A stretch of DNA of 64,000 nucleotides from Gammaproteobacteria bacterium (lineage in GTDB: Bacteria > Pseudomonadota > Gammaproteobacteria > JBCCGL01). The DNA is taken from positions 3,232,001-3,296,000 of the forward strand of contig OZ255836.1 of assembly GCA_965277715.1 (NCBI GenBank), given 5' to 3'. This document shows positions 60,946-64,000 of this stretch, piece by piece. The number at the start of each line of letters is the position of its first letter. Position 1 is the first letter of the stretch. The position numbers and the translations under genes are program-made. The notes under the pieces were generated by a model. It saw only the letters and a program-made list of their open reading frames with translations, did no database searches and was not told the DNA's origin.

Positions 60946-61425
60946 ATGAATGAACAAGGCGGCATAAAAAATATCACGATTGGCGAAGTGTTTGGTGAGG
61001 CGGTTTGGCTGATGTCACAATCGGCCCGTCACCGGCATAATTTTTTCCTCGCCGACCTGGAATGGTTGTTAGTGCCACCTATTGCACACAATCAGTTCCG
61101 TATGTTTAAAGCCGATGGAAAACCCTTTGGTATGGCCTATTGGGGGCACTTTTCAGAGGAGGTCGAGGCGCGCTTCTCAAAGGGATCGATTAAACTCAAA
61201 TCAGACGAGTGGAACTGCGGTGACAGGCCCTGGCTGGTGGATCTGGTCGCCCCGTTTGGCCATGCGGATAAGATAATGGCAGACCTACAGAAAACCTCAT
61301 TCGCCAAGACCGGATTTAACTGTTTGAAAGTCGATGCCAAGGGCCAGCGTGAAACCGTGTTTTATGCGGGTAAAGAGCAGAGCGCAGACACCACTGACAA
61401 ACCCGATAGCGGCGTGCTTCACTGA
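60946..61425 (+). CDS. RTX toxin-activating lysine acyltransferase (HlyC family), copy 2
   Basis: GEAVWLMSQSARH, PPI..NQF, WNCGDRPWLVDLVAPFG. Confidence 0.92.
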   Translation: MNEQGGIKNITIGEVFGEAVWLMSQSARHRHNFFLADLEWLLVPPIAHNQFRMFKADGKPFGMAYWGHFSEEVEARFSKGSIKLKSDEWNCGDRPWLVDLVAPFGHADKIMADLQKTSFAKTGFNCLKVDAKGQRETVFYAGKEQSADTTDKPDSGVLH

Positions 61426-61447
61426 TACGGGCAAGCGGTATTGATGC

Positions 61448-62605
61448 ATGATAACGGGTCTCAACCAACCGGTTATCGATAACGCCGAGGCTTTGCGCCC
61501 CACGCATATCGAGATCGACCTCGACGCGATCAGTCATAACTACCGGGCAATTTGCGCCCACGTGGCGTCGGCTACGGTGATGAGTGTGGTCAAGGCAAAT
61601 GCCTACGGCCACGGCCTGGTGGAGATTGCCCGTCACCTGGCATCACACGGTTGTGGGTATTTTGGTGTCGCCTTTCTGGAGGAGGGAATCAAACTGCGCA
61701 AGGCCGGTATTACGGCGCCTATTCTGGTCATGGGGGGGATTCTCGGTGATCAGATTCCTCTGTTTCTCGACCACGACCTGACACTCACCGCCTCTTCGGT
61801 GGAGAAGCTGCTGCAAATCGAAACACTCGCCAGGCAGCGCAATCAGCGCGCCCGTGTACACCTGAAGATCGATACCGGGATGGAGCGTATCGGTGTGCAC
61901 TACTACAGCGCGGAAACCTTACTCGACGCCTCGTTGCGTTGTGAATACTGCCATGTTGAAGGTATTTACACCCATTTTGCCCGTGCCGACGAGGCAGACC
62001 TTGGGTACACCCAACAACAGCTCGATCGGTTTTTGGCGGTGTGTGATTTTTATCGGCGGCGCAAGCTGCCGATGCCGATACGCCATGCGGCGAATTCCGG
62101 GGCGATTGCACAATTGCCCGCCGCGCATCTCGATATGGTGCGCCCTGGGGTGATGTTATACGGCGTTTACCCATTGAGCGAAACGCGCCGCACGCTTGCA
62201 CTGCGCGCGGCGATGACCTGGAAATCCCGTGTGGTGTACTTCAAAGTCGTCAAGCCTGGGCACCCGGTGAGTTATGGTTCAGCGTGGCAAACCGAGACAG
62301 AAACGCGTGTCGTCACGGTGCCTGTCGGTTACGGTGACGGTTACTTTCGCAGCATGTCTGGCAGGGCCGAGGTCGTTATCAACGATAAGCGCTACCCGGT
62401 AGTGGGGCGCATTTGCATGGATCAGGTGATGATCGATATTGGCGCGGACTCGGCGTTTAACGGCGATGCCGTCACCTTGCTGGGCGGTGCGCCACAAAAG
62501 GGTATTACCACCGAACAACTGGCCGATTGGGCGGGCACTATTCCGTGTGAAATATTGACCAATATCAATACGCGGGTGCCACGCGTCTATATAGGGTGTC
62601 GCTAA
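61448..62605 (+). CDS. alr: Alanine racemase
   Basis: VVKANAYGHG, HLKIDTGMERIG, VGYGDG, GRICMDQ. Confidence 0.96.
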   Translation: MITGLNQPVIDNAEALRPTHIEIDLDAISHNYRAICAHVASATVMSVVKANAYGHGLVEIARHLASHGCGYFGVAFLEEGIKLRKAGITAPILVMGGILGDQIPLFLDHDLTLTASSVEKLLQIETLARQRNQRARVHLKIDTGMERIGVHYYSAETLLDASLRCEYCHVEGIYTHFARADEADLGYTQQQLDRFLAVCDFYRRRKLPMPIRHAANSGAIAQLPAAHLDMVRPGVMLYGVYPLSETRRTLALRAAMTWKSRVVYFKVVKPGHPVSYGSAWQTETETRVVTVPVGYGDGYFRSMSGRAEVVINDKRYPVVGRICMDQVMIDIGADSAFNGDAVTLLGGAPQKGITTEQLADWAGTIPCEILTNINTRVPRVYIGCR

Positions 62606-62699
62606 AAGCATCTGGACATTCCAGCAGCGCAAGTGCTACGCCAGTATATGCGGAGGTTCGTTGACGAAAATGAAGATAACCCACAAGTGGTAATCTTTG

Positions 62700-62824
62700 A
62701 ACCTAAACTCCGCAGTTGAATCTACTGCGAGCACCTAATGCACTGAATCTAAAGCGCTTTTACCAGAATTTCAGCTTCAGCACCTTAGACGCCCTGGCTA
62801 CGATTCAACTGCGGAATTTAGGTT
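62700..62824. mobile_element. MITE, internally deleted copy of 14758-14936
   Basis: Same terminal inverted repeats; 54 bp lost between CTTCA microhomologies. Confidence 0.88.
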
Positions 62825-62826
62825 AA

Positions 62827-62952
62827 ATGATAAAAAATATACAGCGCCTAAAACAGCTCGATATATTCCAGAATCACATGAACACCCACGCAAAAGACTT
62901 CGGGAAGTGCAATCTCGTGAAGGTAAAAAGACCGCTATTTGCCTTTATATAA
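62827..62952 (+). pseudogene. N-terminal stub of an AAA_13/RloC-like ATPase
   Basis: MIKNIQRLKQLDIFQNH..AKDFGKCNL; breaks off where the Walker A (YG.NGSGK) would begin. Confidence 0.45.
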
Positions 62953-62979
62953 TTTCTGTTGCAGTCTCAAAATGTACTT

Positions 62980-63678
62980 TTATCGAAAAGCATACCCCCA
63001 ATGATCCCCTTTTGAGTTTGTCATTTGCACATGAAATGACACAACCACCCGGTCAGTTGGCCCGTGATACGGAAATACCATGTGTTTCAGGTGTGACGGA
63101 AACACCACCAGCTTGCCATCCTGCGGGTAAGAATCGTAGGCGTAGTCTTGTAAATATAGATTGCCGGCCTCTGCATGGCCGCCGGCAGATAAATCGATAT
63201 TTGGCCCATAAAAACGCGTAACGCCATTGGGCTGTTTGCCCACGTGATCCTCCGGCCCTTTGCTGGCCTCACCCGACTGTACGTAGTAAACCCCAGACCA
63301 CGAACAGTTACCGTGTACATGGGTTTCGTGGAAATTGTAATCGTTGGAAATTTGAAACCAAATGCCGGTCATATTGATGTCCATGCTGCCATTGCTGGGC
63401 CAGTAAGGGGCATTAACCTCTTTGGCGAGTTCAAATACACTGTCTTTTATAAACTGCGCCAGCTCATTTAAAGCCGTATGTTGCTGGTATTGGGCGAGCA
63501 GTTTGTCGTGGCTGACATAAGTGCGAGACGGTTTTTTCTGCTCTTTTTCTTTGTGTGCATAAAATAATTCAAGCAGGGCCGGGTTGATTTTTTGGTAGTG
63601 TGAAAAGCGCTTGGTCAACACACTGGTCGGCCATAGTTGGGTAATATTTGAATTGGATTTTTTTTTGTCTTTGGCCAT
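62980..63678 (-). CDS. Putative 2OG-Fe(II) oxygenase (TIGR02466-like)
   Basis: HETHVHGNCSWSGVYYV, PQDGKLVVFPSHLKHMV.P...DRVVVSF. Confidence 0.8.
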   Translation of the reverse strand: MAKDKKKSNSNITQLWPTSVLTKRFSHYQKINPALLELFYAHKEKEQKKPSRTYVSHDKLLAQYQQHTALNELAQFIKDSVFELAKEVNAPYWPSNGSMDINMTGIWFQISNDYNFHETHVHGNCSWSGVYYVQSGEASKGPEDHVGKQPNGVTRFYGPNIDLSAGGHAEAGNLYLQDYAYDSYPQDGKLVVFPSHLKHMVFPYHGPTDRVVVSFHVQMTNSKGDHWGYAFR

Positions 63679-63687
63679 TTTCTGCGC

Positions 63688-64000
63688 TCAATGGTTTGAT
63701 TCAGACGTAATGAATATATAAATATTCACCAATAACATAACAACAAAACACCCGGCTGCCCACTCGGGAATCGATAAGCCCAGAAATGTCCACTGCACTA
63801 CGGCGCAATCCCCCGTCCCCTTTAGCACTTTGGCCACCACGTCAAAAAATGGCAGGGTTTCCAGCATTACCTCCAGCCCGGCACCGCATTCGAGCTTGTC
63901 GCCATCGGGGAGGTGTTGCAGCCAAATCTGCCGCCCGGCAACCCCCGCCCCAACTAATGCAAACACCCCTAACAGCGTTGCGTAAACCCGGCGCATCACG
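63688..64000 (-). CDS. dsbB: Disulfide bond formation protein DsbB (partial, 5' end outside window)
   Basis: AGRQIWLQ..P.....CG...GTGDCA.V.W.FLGLSIPEW. Confidence 0.9.
   Translation of the reverse strand, partial: VMRRVYATLLGVFALVGAGVAGRQIWLQHLPDGDKLECGAGLEVMLETLPFFDVVAKVLKGTGDCAVVQWTFLGLSIPEWAAGCFVVMLLVNIYIFITSESNH

Overview
Bacterial chromosomal window. The housekeeping genes (engB-cyc4-resB-ccsA-dsbA, secB-gpsA, alr, dsbB, tRNA-Arg) suggest a gammaproteobacterium; that assignment is inferred. About 1-28.6 kb is mostly core and metabolic genes with several small inverted-repeat elements, a decayed HigBA and an incomplete lasso-peptide-like trio (B2 peptidase, HPr-like kinase, nucleotidyltransferase). 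About 28.67-61.4 kb is accessory. It begins with a tRNA-Phe-like 3' fragment, a decayed integrase/AlpA/coupling-protein element with two intact TA pairs, and an IS66 without target duplication. A type I secretion locus follows: a 5,589-aa RTX protein (AT-rich N-terminal domain, LysM, glycine-rich hydrophobic helices, RTX repeats, 26 Ig-like repeats, FrpC-type self-processing-like module), HlyB, HlyD and two HlyC acyltransferases. Upstream of the giant gene is a decayed array: two Rpn copies, two signal-peptide genes sharing a leader, a 139-bp copy of the giant gene's interior, and a lipase-like N-terminal stub. I read this as an N-terminal polymorphic toxin/immunity cassette array exported by T1SS, the best candidate for an undescribed system here. 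All family assignments come from motif recognition by eye; no searches were run.
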